A stretch of DNA of 64,000 nucleotides, from the NCBI GenBank assembly GCA_965221335.1, contig CBDCSC010000006.1, positions 199,570 through 263,569 of the forward strand, written 5' to 3'. The DNA comes from Gammaproteobacteria bacterium. Lineage in GTDB: Bacteria; Pseudomonadota; Gammaproteobacteria; Eutrophobiales; Eutrophobiaceae. The notes under the pieces are model-generated. The model searched no databases, was not told where the DNA came from, and saw only the letters and a program-made list of their open reading frames with translations. The position numbers and the translations under genes were made by a program. Positions 8,932 through 17,813 of the stretch are shown one piece after another (within the stretch, counting starts at the first letter, position 1; every line of letters starts with the position of its first letter).

Positions 8932-10962
8932 ATGGCTACCAGAATCGGCGTTGACATAGGCGGCACGTTTACCGACCTGTTGTTCTATGACGATCAGACT
9001 TCAGATACACTGGTGGCCAAGGTGCCGACCACGCCCGCATCCCCTGAGCAGGGTTGTGTCCGGGCGGTAACTGATTCCATCGGCGCTGACCAGTTGCGGC
9101 AGACGCAGTACTTCCTGCACGGGACTACTGTCGGTCTCAACGCGTTACTGGAACGCAAGGGCGCCAGGGTCGGCATGCTGGCTACCCGAGGGTTTCGCGA
9201 TATCCTCGAAATCCGCCGCGGCGACCGCGATGAGATGTATAACCTGTTCTGGCAGTTGCCGGAGCCATTGGTTCCCAGGCGCTTGCGCCTGCCTGTGACC
9301 GGGCGGATACGGTCTGACGGCACGGTTCACATACCCTTTGAAATACAGGATGTCCTGGATGCGTTGGTGACTTTCACCAATGAGAGGGTGGACAGTATCG
9401 CAGTGGCATTTATGAATGCCTACGCCAACCCGACCCATGAACTGGCTGCGGAAGCAGCGCTCAGGGAGGCCGGTTTTTCAGGAGAAATCTCCCTGTCCCA
9501 TAAGATATCCCGCGAATACCGGGAGTATGAGCGCACTTCCACAACCGTCATTGATGCCTTCGTGCGCGGGCGTATGTCGAATTATCTGCGGCGGCTGGAA
9601 TCCGACCTGGGCGGCGCCGGGTTCAACGGCGCTTGCCTGATCACCCGGTCAGGCAGTGGTTCCATGACATTCTCGGAAGCTGAAGACCGGCCGTTCGAGA
9701 CGATTATGTCGGGGCCGGTTGCAGGCGCTGAGGGTGGCGGCGAACTGTCCAGGCAACTGGAGCTGGGAGACCTGATCACGGCAGATGTCGGCGGCACCAG
9801 TTTTGATACCTGTATGATCACCCAGGGTCGGCCAACCTTGTTGTTCGAGGGCAAGATAGTCGGCATGCCCTTGCAGACTCCGTGGGTGGATGTGCGATCC
9901 ATCGGAGCGGGAGGCGGGTCCATTGCCCAGGTCGACGTGGGTGGCCTGCTTCGAGTCGGCCCAGAGAGCGGTGGGGCCGACCCGGGTCCCGCCTGCTACG
10001 GCAAAGGCGGTGAAAATGCCTGTGTGACCGATGCGGCATATTATCTTGGCATGCTGGGAGAAGGGAAACTGGCATCGGGACTGCAACTTGACCTGTCACT
10101 GGCGGAGCAGGCCTTGCAACCGCTGGCGAGTAAATTGGGTTACGATCTGGATGCAACGGCCATCGGAATTATGGATATCGCCTCGGCATCCATGGCCGAT
10201 GCGATCCGTGAAATCACCGTGGAACAGGGTATTGATCCGAGAAAGCTCAAACTGCTGGCTTTCGGGGGCGCCGGCCCTTTGATGAGTACCCTGCTGGCGC
10301 GCGACCTGGATATTACCGAGATAATCATCCCTCTCCATGCCGGCAATTTCTCTGCCTGGGGGCTGCTGGGGGCCGATCTGACACGGGCGACTGCGCGCAC
10401 ACGCATCATGCGGCTTGATGAGGACAGCCTGGCAATTGCCAATGATATGCTGGAAGAGATGTATTCGGACCTGGCCGCCCGTGCAGGTGGCGCAAGCGCC
10501 GGAGTTGCGTGGGCGCGGGAGATTGGTCTGGACATGCGTTACAAGGGACAGGAACATACGCTGAATATCAATGTGCCCGGCGAAAACGGCCGGATGACAA
10601 TCACAACAGAACAGGTTCGCGATATCTTTACCCGTAATTACGATAGGACCTTCGGTAATACCATGGATGAGCCGGTGGAGATAGTATCGATCCGCGCCAC
10701 GGTGAGACATGCCTTGCCTAGGAGGTCGGAGAGACTGTCGGCGCTGAACGGCGCGGACGGCATACAACAGGAGCGGAACGCATATTCTTTTACCGAAAAG
10801 AAACAAATGGAGTTCCGGATTCTTGAGCGCTCATCCATACAGGTCGGCGATACCCTGGCTGGACCTGCTATTATTAATGAACCGACAGCGACGACTTACC
10901 TTGATGCGAACTGGACCTGCAAGGTCCATGGTTCGGGGTGCCTGTTCATCTCGCGCCGTTAA
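8932..10962 (+). CDS. hyuA: Hydantoinase A/oxoprolinase family subunit (HyuA-type), pair 3
   Basis: 676 aa and a close paralog of the protein at 2889, with the same blocks: IGVDIGGTFTDL, SLSH..S.EYR.YER.STTVIDA.VRGR, DVGGTSFDT. Confidence 0.9.
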   Translation: MATRIGVDIGGTFTDLLFYDDQTSDTLVAKVPTTPASPEQGCVRAVTDSIGADQLRQTQYFLHGTTVGLNALLERKGARVGMLATRGFRDILEIRRGDRDEMYNLFWQLPEPLVPRRLRLPVTGRIRSDGTVHIPFEIQDVLDALVTFTNERVDSIAVAFMNAYANPTHELAAEAALREAGFSGEISLSHKISREYREYERTSTTVIDAFVRGRMSNYLRRLESDLGGAGFNGACLITRSGSGSMTFSEAEDRPFETIMSGPVAGAEGGGELSRQLELGDLITADVGGTSFDTCMITQGRPTLLFEGKIVGMPLQTPWVDVRSIGAGGGSIAQVDVGGLLRVGPESGGADPGPACYGKGGENACVTDAAYYLGMLGEGKLASGLQLDLSLAEQALQPLASKLGYDLDATAIGIMDIASASMADAIREITVEQGIDPRKLKLLAFGGAGPLMSTLLARDLDITEIIIPLHAGNFSAWGLLGADLTRATARTRIMRLDEDSLAIANDMLEEMYSDLAARAGGASAGVAWAREIGLDMRYKGQEHTLNINVPGENGRMTITTEQVRDIFTRNYDRTFGNTMDEPVEIVSIRATVRHALPRRSERLSALNGADGIQQERNAYSFTEKKQMEFRILERSSIQVGDTLAGPAIINEPTATTYLDANWTCKVHGSGCLFISRR

Positions 10963-10974
10963 CCGGAGAGAATA

Positions 10975-12693
10975 ATGGATACACTTGCTGATAGCGAAAT
11001 CAGAATTTATCGGGCCTTGCCCGGTAAGGATACCGGCATTGATGCCGATCCGATACAGACCGAAATCATCCGGCATTCACTCAATTCAGCCGCCAACCAG
11101 ATGAAACGAACCCTTATTCGAACTTCGTTCTCACCGGTTATCTACGAGGTGTTGGATTTTGCCGCCGCCCTGTACGATTCACAGGTGCGGTTGCTCGCCC
11201 AGGCGCCGTCCATCCCGCTGTTCATGGGGACACTGAATTTTTGCGTCGAAGCGGCGGTTGCGGGAGCCGGCGGTGTCGAGAACCTCGAACCCGGCGATGT
11301 GATTCTGTATAACTGGCCGTTTGGCACGGGTTCACATGCGCAGGATACGGCCATGGTCCAACCGGTATTTACCGAAGAGGGGGTTCTGGTCGGTTATTCG
11401 GCTATCAAGGCCCATTGGCTGGATATCGGCGCGGTAGCGCCGTACTGCACCGACACAACAGACGTTTTCCAGGAGGGAACATTTTTCCCGGGGGTAAAAC
11501 TCTACCGGGGAGGAGAACTGGTTGATGATATTTACCGTTTAGCGCTTGCTAATTCGCGCATGCCCGCATTCGTTGCCGGGGATATTCAAGCGCAAGCGAG
11601 CGCTGTGGGTATCGGCGCGCGCAACCTGGTTCGTATCGTTGAACGTTATGGCCTGGAGGTATTCCGCAACGCGGTCGAACGTATTTTCGACCACGGCGAG
11701 GCAACGGTTCGCAGCTATTTTGAAAATATCCCCGACGGGCGTTACGTGGGGCGCGGCATGATGGACAACAACGGCGTTGACGACAAGCCAATTCCTTTCA
11801 GTGTCATTATCGAAGTAAACGGTTCGTCGGTGCGGGTGGATTTCACCAATTCTCCGGAAGTGCAGCCCGGGCCGGTAAACTGCCCGGTTGCGTCAACCGT
11901 TTCAGCCAGCCGCGTCGCCATTACCATGCTGGCCGGTGGCAATCAGGCGCCTTGTGACGGGCATTTCCGGTCGCTGGAGATTGTCACGCGCCGTAATTCC
12001 ATGTTCGATCCCAACCCGCCGGCCCCTTGTTTCCTGTATGGCTGGCCGGCCATGCAATCCATGGAAGTCATCTACCATGCGATGTCCAAAGTCAATCCGG
12101 AGACCGTGCCGGCTTGTTCAGGCGGCGACCTGTGCGCGCTGGTATGGTGGGGGACAAGACAGGATACCGGCGAGATGTGGGGAGATGGCTCGCCGTTTCC
12201 GGTCGGTCACGGCGGCAGTGTGAAAGGAGATGGCAGCACGATGATGCACGCGGCCGAAGCGGCAACCCGGTTTGCCTCCATGGAAGTAATGGAGTCAAAA
12301 TTTCCCTGGGTGGTTGAACAGTGCGAGTTCGCGCCGGACAGTTGTGGCGCGGGACAATATCGGGGTGGCATGGGTTATGACCTGGGATTTGAGTTGCTTG
12401 AAGACGCATTTTGCACTCCGACCCTGGAACGAACCCGAACCAGACCCTGGGGACTGGCCGGCGGTGGCGAGGCACGCGCCAACAGCGGAACCCTGCGTTT
12501 CCCGGATGGCAGGATGGAGTCCTTTACCAAGGCCACTGGTATGCAGGTACCCAAGGGCGCCGTGTTGACGATCCATGCCGGCGGCGGAGGCGGCTATGGG
12601 CCACCCCGAAAACGGCCACCGGAACAGGTCTTGAACGATCTGCAGGAAGGCTATATCACTAAAACCTTCGCACAGGAACACTACGGAGTATAG
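10975..12693 (+). CDS. hyuB: Hydantoinase B/oxoprolinase family subunit (HyuB-type), pair 3
   Basis: 572 aa and a close paralog of the protein at 4928, sharing FSP.IYE..DF..ALYD, GTGSHAQD and GGGGGYG. Confidence 0.9.
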   Translation: MDTLADSEIRIYRALPGKDTGIDADPIQTEIIRHSLNSAANQMKRTLIRTSFSPVIYEVLDFAAALYDSQVRLLAQAPSIPLFMGTLNFCVEAAVAGAGGVENLEPGDVILYNWPFGTGSHAQDTAMVQPVFTEEGVLVGYSAIKAHWLDIGAVAPYCTDTTDVFQEGTFFPGVKLYRGGELVDDIYRLALANSRMPAFVAGDIQAQASAVGIGARNLVRIVERYGLEVFRNAVERIFDHGEATVRSYFENIPDGRYVGRGMMDNNGVDDKPIPFSVIIEVNGSSVRVDFTNSPEVQPGPVNCPVASTVSASRVAITMLAGGNQAPCDGHFRSLEIVTRRNSMFDPNPPAPCFLYGWPAMQSMEVIYHAMSKVNPETVPACSGGDLCALVWWGTRQDTGEMWGDGSPFPVGHGGSVKGDGSTMMHAAEAATRFASMEVMESKFPWVVEQCEFAPDSCGAGQYRGGMGYDLGFELLEDAFCTPTLERTRTRPWGLAGGGEARANSGTLRFPDGRMESFTKATGMQVPKGAVLTIHAGGGGGYGPPRKRPPEQVLNDLQEGYITKTFAQEHYGV

Positions 12694-12729
12694 GGTCAGA
12701 CTACGCCAACCTGACCCGCCGCTGTCACA

Positions 12730-13980
12730 ATGCTGGGCCGATCCTATTCTTTTCCGAAGATTGTTTACCATGCGCTTTGGGGACATAAGCGCTGGAAGCC
12801 GGCCTGGCGTACGCCGGAGCCGAAGAAATCCTATGATGTAATCATTATCGGCGGCGGCGGGCATGGACTTGCCACGGCCTATTACCTGGCTAAAAAGCAC
12901 GGTGTCTCAAATATCGCGGTACTGGAACGCGGTTGGATCGGGGGTGGCAACAGCGGTCGCAATACCCAGGTGACCCGGTCGAACTATTTCTATCCGGAGA
13001 GCGCCGCTTTTTTTGAGCATTCGCTGAAATTGTATGAAACCATGAGCCGGGACCTGAATATCAATGTGATGTTCAGCCAGCGCGGGGTGCTGAATCTTGC
13101 CCATAGCGATCATGATATGGAGATGTTGACGCGCTGGACCAATGCGATCCAGCTTAACGGTATCGATTCCGAGATGCTCACAGCGCAGCAAATTAAGGAG
13201 CTCGAGCCGCTCATGGACATTAATGCGCGTTTTCCTGTGGCCGGTGGATTTATACAGTGGCGCGGTGGTATCTCGCGGCACGATGCAGTCAACTGGGGTT
13301 ACGCACGCGCCGCCGACGCCCTGGGTGTGGATATTATCCAGAACTGTACCGTGACCGGCTTGAAAATCAGCCGCGGCATGATTACCGGCGTTAATACTTC
13401 ACTGGGAGATATTTCGGCGGAAAAAGTACATGTCACGGTAGCCGGCCACACCAGTGTGCTGGCGAAAATGGCGGGTATCCGCCTGCCGTTGACCAGCATG
13501 GCGTTACAGGCCATGGTATCAGAGCCGATTAAACCGGCGCTTAACCTGGTGACCGTGTCCGGCGCGATACACATGTATGTGAGCCAGTCCGATCGCGGCG
13601 AGATAGTCCTGGGCGCCGGCGCCGACATATATAATTCCTATGCCCAGCGCGGCAGCTACGATAACATCGAATCCTGTATCGCGGCATTCCTGACCCTGTA
13701 TCCCCGTTTCAGCCGCTTGAAACTCATGCGCCAGTGGGCCGGTATCGTGGATATCACGCCGGATACCAGCCCCATTATGGGTATGACTCCCGTGCAAAAC
13801 CTGTATATCAACTGTGGCTGGGGGACCGGTGGTTACAAGGCCATACCGGCCAGCGGTGACACCATGGCTTATACCATCGTTAAAGACCAGCCGCACGCGC
13901 TGATTACGCCATTCTCCCTGGATCGTTTCCAAACCGGCGCGCTGGTGGATGAATCGGCGGCGGCAGGCGTCGCGCATTAA
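12730..13980 (+). CDS. soxB: Sarcosine oxidase (heterotetrameric), beta subunit
   Basis: 416 aa. The N terminus reads ...W..PEPKKSYDVIIIGGGGHGLATAYYLAKKHG..N.AVLE.GW.GGGN.GRNT, which is typical of SoxB. It is followed by soxD, soxA and soxG in the canonical order. Confidence 0.93.
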   Translation: MLGRSYSFPKIVYHALWGHKRWKPAWRTPEPKKSYDVIIIGGGGHGLATAYYLAKKHGVSNIAVLERGWIGGGNSGRNTQVTRSNYFYPESAAFFEHSLKLYETMSRDLNINVMFSQRGVLNLAHSDHDMEMLTRWTNAIQLNGIDSEMLTAQQIKELEPLMDINARFPVAGGFIQWRGGISRHDAVNWGYARAADALGVDIIQNCTVTGLKISRGMITGVNTSLGDISAEKVHVTVAGHTSVLAKMAGIRLPLTSMALQAMVSEPIKPALNLVTVSGAIHMYVSQSDRGEIVLGAGADIYNSYAQRGSYDNIESCIAAFLTLYPRFSRLKLMRQWAGIVDITPDTSPIMGMTPVQNLYINCGWGTGGYKAIPASGDTMAYTIVKDQPHALITPFSLDRFQTGALVDESAAAGVAH

Positions 13981-14006
13981 ACCGGATAGACCGCGAGTCA
14001 GGCGCA

Positions 14007-14300
14007 ATGCTGCGAATCTCCTGCCCAATTTGTGGTGAACGCGACGAAAATGAGTTTGTGTTCGGCGGCCAGGCTCATATCGCCCGGCCTGAACCGGCGG
14101 AGCAGGCATCTGACCGCGAGTGGGCTGAATATCTTTTTTTCCGGGACAACCCCAAAGGCGTGCATTTCGAACGCTGGCAACACCGCTACGGCTGCCGGCA
14201 GTGGTTCAATGTTGCCCGTCATACCGTAAGCCATGAGCTCCTGGCCGTGTATCGTCTCGATGAAGCGCCTCCGGAGATAGGCCGGGAAGAAACGGTATGA
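14007..14300 (+). CDS. soxD: Sarcosine oxidase delta subunit
   Basis: 97 aa. It has the zinc-ribbon-like start MLRISCPICGERDENEF that is typical of SoxD. Its stop overlaps the soxA start (ATGA). Confidence 0.9.
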   Translation: MLRISCPICGERDENEFVFGGQAHIARPEPAEQASDREWAEYLFFRDNPKGVHFERWQHRYGCRQWFNVARHTVSHELLAVYRLDEAPPEIGREETV

Positions 14301-17260
14301 ATAACACTCAACCGATGCGGCTTGCAACAGGCGGCAGCATAGACCGTGAAAAACCGTTGTCATTCACGTTCGATGGCAAACAATACAGCGGCTTCAAAGG
14401 GGATACCCTGGCATCGGCATTACTGGCAAACGGGGTGCGCGTGGTGGGACGCAGTTTCAAGTATCATCGTCCCCGGGGGATTCTCGCTGCCGGCGCTGAG
14501 GAGTGCAACGCACTGGTGACTGTGGGGCAGGGCGGCCTGGAGGAACCCAATATCCGTGCGACCTTACAACCATTGTATGATGGCTTGACGGCGCGTAGCC
14601 AGAACTGCTGGCCCGGCGTAAAGTTCGATATTGGCCGCAGCCTTGATTACCTGCATTTTCTCTGGCCTGCCGGGTTTTACAACAAGACGTTTATCTGGCC
14701 TCACTGGCGCTGGTACGAGGGGTTTATCCGGCGCTTGTCGGGCCTGGGCAAGCTGCCGCCCGATGCAGACCCGGATCACTATATACAGCATAATGTTCAT
14801 TGTGATGTCCTGGTCGTAGGCGCCGGACCTGCCGGGCTGAGCGCCGCGCTGGCAGCCAGTGAGCAGGGGTCCAAGGTCGTTCTTATTGAACAGGACAGCG
14901 TCCCGGGCGGCAGCCTGCTCTGGAGTGGAGAGAGCATTAACGGAACGCAGGCAAATACGTGGCTGCAAGACAGTGTGCGCGTCTTACGGCAACGGGACAA
15001 CGTTACTTTGTTGACCAATACCACGGCCTCAGCCTGGTTTGACCATCGTATGGTGATTGCGAGCGAGATGCTGTGTGACCGGCGCAGCGCAGCGGAGAGC
15101 AAAGGGCCGCGGCAGCGGCTGTGGAAGGTCCATGCACGCGCGACGGTACTCGCCACAGGCGCTATTGAGCAGCCACTGGTGTTCGCCAATAACGACCGTC
15201 CCGGCATCATGCTGGCAAGCGCCGCGCAACAGTATTGTAACCGCTACGCGGTGGCGACCGGGAGACGCATAGCCATAGCGACCAACAACGACAGCGCATA
15301 TGGCGCTGTCCGGGCGCTGAGGAACGCAGGTATTGATGTGGTTGCGATGATCGATTCACGGCAACAGCTCACAGAAAAAAGTGCACGGTTGATACAGGCT
15401 CAAGGCATGACGGTATTTCATAACGCGCTGGCGCTGGATAGCCGCGGCGATAAAGGTGTACGCAGCGTAGCCGTTGCCAGGCGGGGCAGTACGCAAACGC
15501 TGGCGACGTTACAGTGTGACTGTGTCGCGATGGCCGGAGGCTGGCAGCCGGCTGTTCATCTCTTTACCCAGGCGCGCGGCAGGTTGCGCTATGATGCCGC
15601 GCTGGGGGCGTTCATGCCGGATCAGGCTCCCGCCCATATGCACGTAGCAGGCATGGTGGCCGGCGCGCTGACCCTGGATAACGCACTGGAGCAGGGCCGG
15701 GACGCCGGTCTCGCGGCCGTTGGTGACGAGCTTCAGGGGCGTGGCCGGACGCGCCGGAAGCACGCCGGCGCGCTGCATATTGAACGCATCGGCTGTGAGC
15801 ATCGCATAGGTCGTCAGTGGATTGATTTTCAGTATGACGTGACCTTACAGGACATCGATATCGCAACGGCTGAGAACTATACCTCTGTTGAACACATGAA
15901 ACGATATACTACCGCAGGCATGGCCGTGGACCAGGGCAAGACCGCCAACCTGAACGCGTTACTGGCGCTGGCGCAACGCACCGGACGCACGCCGGACGAG
16001 GTGGGCACCACCACTTTTCGTCCATTTTACCTGCCGGTAACCCTGGGTGCGCTGGCCGGGCGCAACAGGGGTGATTTCTATGCTCCGGTGCGGCACAGCC
16101 CGCTGTTTTACTGCCACCAACAGGCAAATGCCCTGTTTGATGATTACGGTGGCTGGCGCCGCCCCCGGGTTTACCTGCGCAAAGGTGAAAACGAACAACA
16201 AGCCGTTGCCAGGGAGGCCGTGGCCGCACGTACTTCGGTTGTGATCTTTGACGGTTCGCCGTTGGGCAAATTCGAAGTATCCGGCTCGGATGCCGCCGAA
16301 TTTCTGCACCGCGTTTACATCAATAACGTTACGTCATTGAAAACGGGCCGCGCCCGTTACGGCCTGATGCTGAATGAAAACGGCATTGTTATCGACGACG
16401 GCATTTTCGCCCGGATTTCCGCCAACGGATACCTGGTACACACCACCAGCGGCGGGGCTGACCGGATCCATGCCTGGATGGAAGCGCTGTTGCAGGGCGA
16501 CTGGCCGAACCTGGACGTGATCCTGACCCCTGTTACCAGCCAATGGGCAAACATAGCCGTATCCGGTCCGCGGTCGAGAGAACTGGTGGAACGGCTGGAA
16601 ACCGGTATCGATCTCGGCAATAACGGTATGCCTCACCTGTCCGTTATGGCCGGAACAATCGGCGATATACCGCTACGCGTGCTAAGAGCCGGTTATACCG
16701 GTGAGTTGTGTTATGAACTCAACGTTCCCGCCGACCGCGGAGCAGCCTTGTGGAACCGGCTGTTGGAACGGGGAGATGACCTGGACCTGATGCCGATCGG
16801 AATCGAGACGCTGACGGTGCTGAGAATCGAGAAAGGCTATCTGCATATCGGCAGTGATACTGACGGTGCGAGCATGCCGCGGGATATCGGTTGGGGCCAT
16901 GTGACTGACAATAAACAGGGTGAATTTCTTGGTAAGCGCTCCCTGCTGCGTCCCTTTAATACACGTGACGGGCGTCTGGAATTCGTTGGTCTCACACCCG
17001 TGCGGGAAGGGGGTGAGCTGGTTGCCGGCGCGCATGTGATTGGCGTGCAATACACAAAAGCGCCGGCGCCCACCCAGGGCTACGTGACTTCCGCGTGTTA
17101 CAGCCCGAACCTGAAGCGCTACGTGGGGCTCGGACTGGTTCAGGATGGCAGGAGTCGGCTGGATGAAACAGTGCACTTGTTTGATAACGGCAAGGTGTAT
17201 CCCGCGCGTATTTCCCGGCCTGCCGCCTGGGACCCGCAAGGAGACAGGTTGCATGTCTGA
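14297..17260 (+). CDS. soxA: Sarcosine oxidase alpha subunit
   Basis: 987 aa. It has an N-terminal 2Fe-2S-like/SoxA fold (F.FDG....G..GDTLASALLANG), the NAD/FAD Rossmann motif VLVVGAGPAGLSAA, and a C-terminal GcvT-like folate-binding domain. Confidence 0.93.
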   Translation: MNNTQPMRLATGGSIDREKPLSFTFDGKQYSGFKGDTLASALLANGVRVVGRSFKYHRPRGILAAGAEECNALVTVGQGGLEEPNIRATLQPLYDGLTARSQNCWPGVKFDIGRSLDYLHFLWPAGFYNKTFIWPHWRWYEGFIRRLSGLGKLPPDADPDHYIQHNVHCDVLVVGAGPAGLSAALAASEQGSKVVLIEQDSVPGGSLLWSGESINGTQANTWLQDSVRVLRQRDNVTLLTNTTASAWFDHRMVIASEMLCDRRSAAESKGPRQRLWKVHARATVLATGAIEQPLVFANNDRPGIMLASAAQQYCNRYAVATGRRIAIATNNDSAYGAVRALRNAGIDVVAMIDSRQQLTEKSARLIQAQGMTVFHNALALDSRGDKGVRSVAVARRGSTQTLATLQCDCVAMAGGWQPAVHLFTQARGRLRYDAALGAFMPDQAPAHMHVAGMVAGALTLDNALEQGRDAGLAAVGDELQGRGRTRRKHAGALHIERIGCEHRIGRQWIDFQYDVTLQDIDIATAENYTSVEHMKRYTTAGMAVDQGKTANLNALLALAQRTGRTPDEVGTTTFRPFYLPVTLGALAGRNRGDFYAPVRHSPLFYCHQQANALFDDYGGWRRPRVYLRKGENEQQAVAREAVAARTSVVIFDGSPLGKFEVSGSDAAEFLHRVYINNVTSLKTGRARYGLMLNENGIVIDDGIFARISANGYLVHTTSGGADRIHAWMEALLQGDWPNLDVILTPVTSQWANIAVSGPRSRELVERLETGIDLGNNGMPHLSVMAGTIGDIPLRVLRAGYTGELCYELNVPADRGAALWNRLLERGDDLDLMPIGIETLTVLRIEKGYLHIGSDTDGASMPRDIGWGHVTDNKQGEFLGKRSLLRPFNTRDGRLEFVGLTPVREGGELVAGAHVIGVQYTKAPAPTQGYVTSACYSPNLKRYVGLGLVQDGRSRLDETVHLFDNGKVYPARISRPAAWDPQGDRLHV

Positions 17261-17813
17261 ACTGAATCCGTGTTACGCATTGCAGGGCAGTGATGGACAG
17301 GCGCTGGTTTTGCAGACGGATCGCCTGGTACTGCAGGCGATCAACAATGTTCGCAAGCTGCGCTTGCAAGCCCGGCCGGACACGGAGATAAACCCGGCGC
17401 CGCTTGAAGCGTTACTGGGCATGACATTACCGCAAAACCCGCGGGAAAAGGTCAACCATGAGCCGGCAGCCTACTGGCTGGCCCCCAATGACTGGCTGCT
17501 GCTCGACCCGGCGCCGGCCGGCGGCAATATCAGCAATGTATTGCGGGAAGCAGCCGGTGGCGCCACGTGCGTTGTCACCGATGTGAGTGATGCCTGGAGC
17601 ATCATAGAGATTTCCGGCGCGGATGCCGCGGCAAAATTGGCGGAAGGCTGCTCGGTAGACCTTGATGACGATGCATTCCCGGTTGGCCGGTATGCCTTGA
17701 CCCGGTTGCAGCACCTGTCAGTAATCATACACAGACTGGACGACGGGTCAAAATTCCACCTCCTGGTTGACCGCAACCTGGCGTGTTTTCTCTGGGATTG
17801 GTTACGCATGTGA
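17253..17813 (+). CDS. soxG: Sarcosine oxidase gamma subunit
   Basis: The ATG at 17253 overlaps the soxA stop (ATGTCTGA). Size and position fit SoxG. The ORF-track start at 17145 would add 36 aa that lie inside soxA. Confidence 0.8.
   Translation: MSELNPCYALQGSDGQALVLQTDRLVLQAINNVRKLRLQARPDTEINPAPLEALLGMTLPQNPREKVNHEPAAYWLAPNDWLLLDPAPAGGNISNVLREAAGGATCVVTDVSDAWSIIEISGADAAAKLAEGCSVDLDDDAFPVGRYALTRLQHLSVIIHRLDDGSKFHLLVDRNLACFLWDWLRM

Noticed and set aside
12693-12717. The hairpin GGGTCAG-N11-CTGACCC after hyuB (pair 3) could be an intrinsic terminator separating the hyu and sox genes.
   Set aside because: It has only a 7-bp stem, an 11-nt loop and no U-tract. It overlaps the stop codon and lies 13 nt from the soxB start. 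It is too weak to call and may at most attenuate read-through.
17145-17252. Longer ORF-track starts for soxG (17145), the MoxR ATPase (46620), the TlpA-like gene (60996), the flavodoxin-like gene (61547), dmpK (49980), dmpL (50269), yefM (56566), vapB (39409) and the AttH-like gene (38143).
   Set aside because: These extensions overlap the upstream gene or a promoter/repeat region and add non-homologous residues. Internal ATG codons give proteins with the canonical N termini, and in several cases a stop/start overlap typical of coupling.
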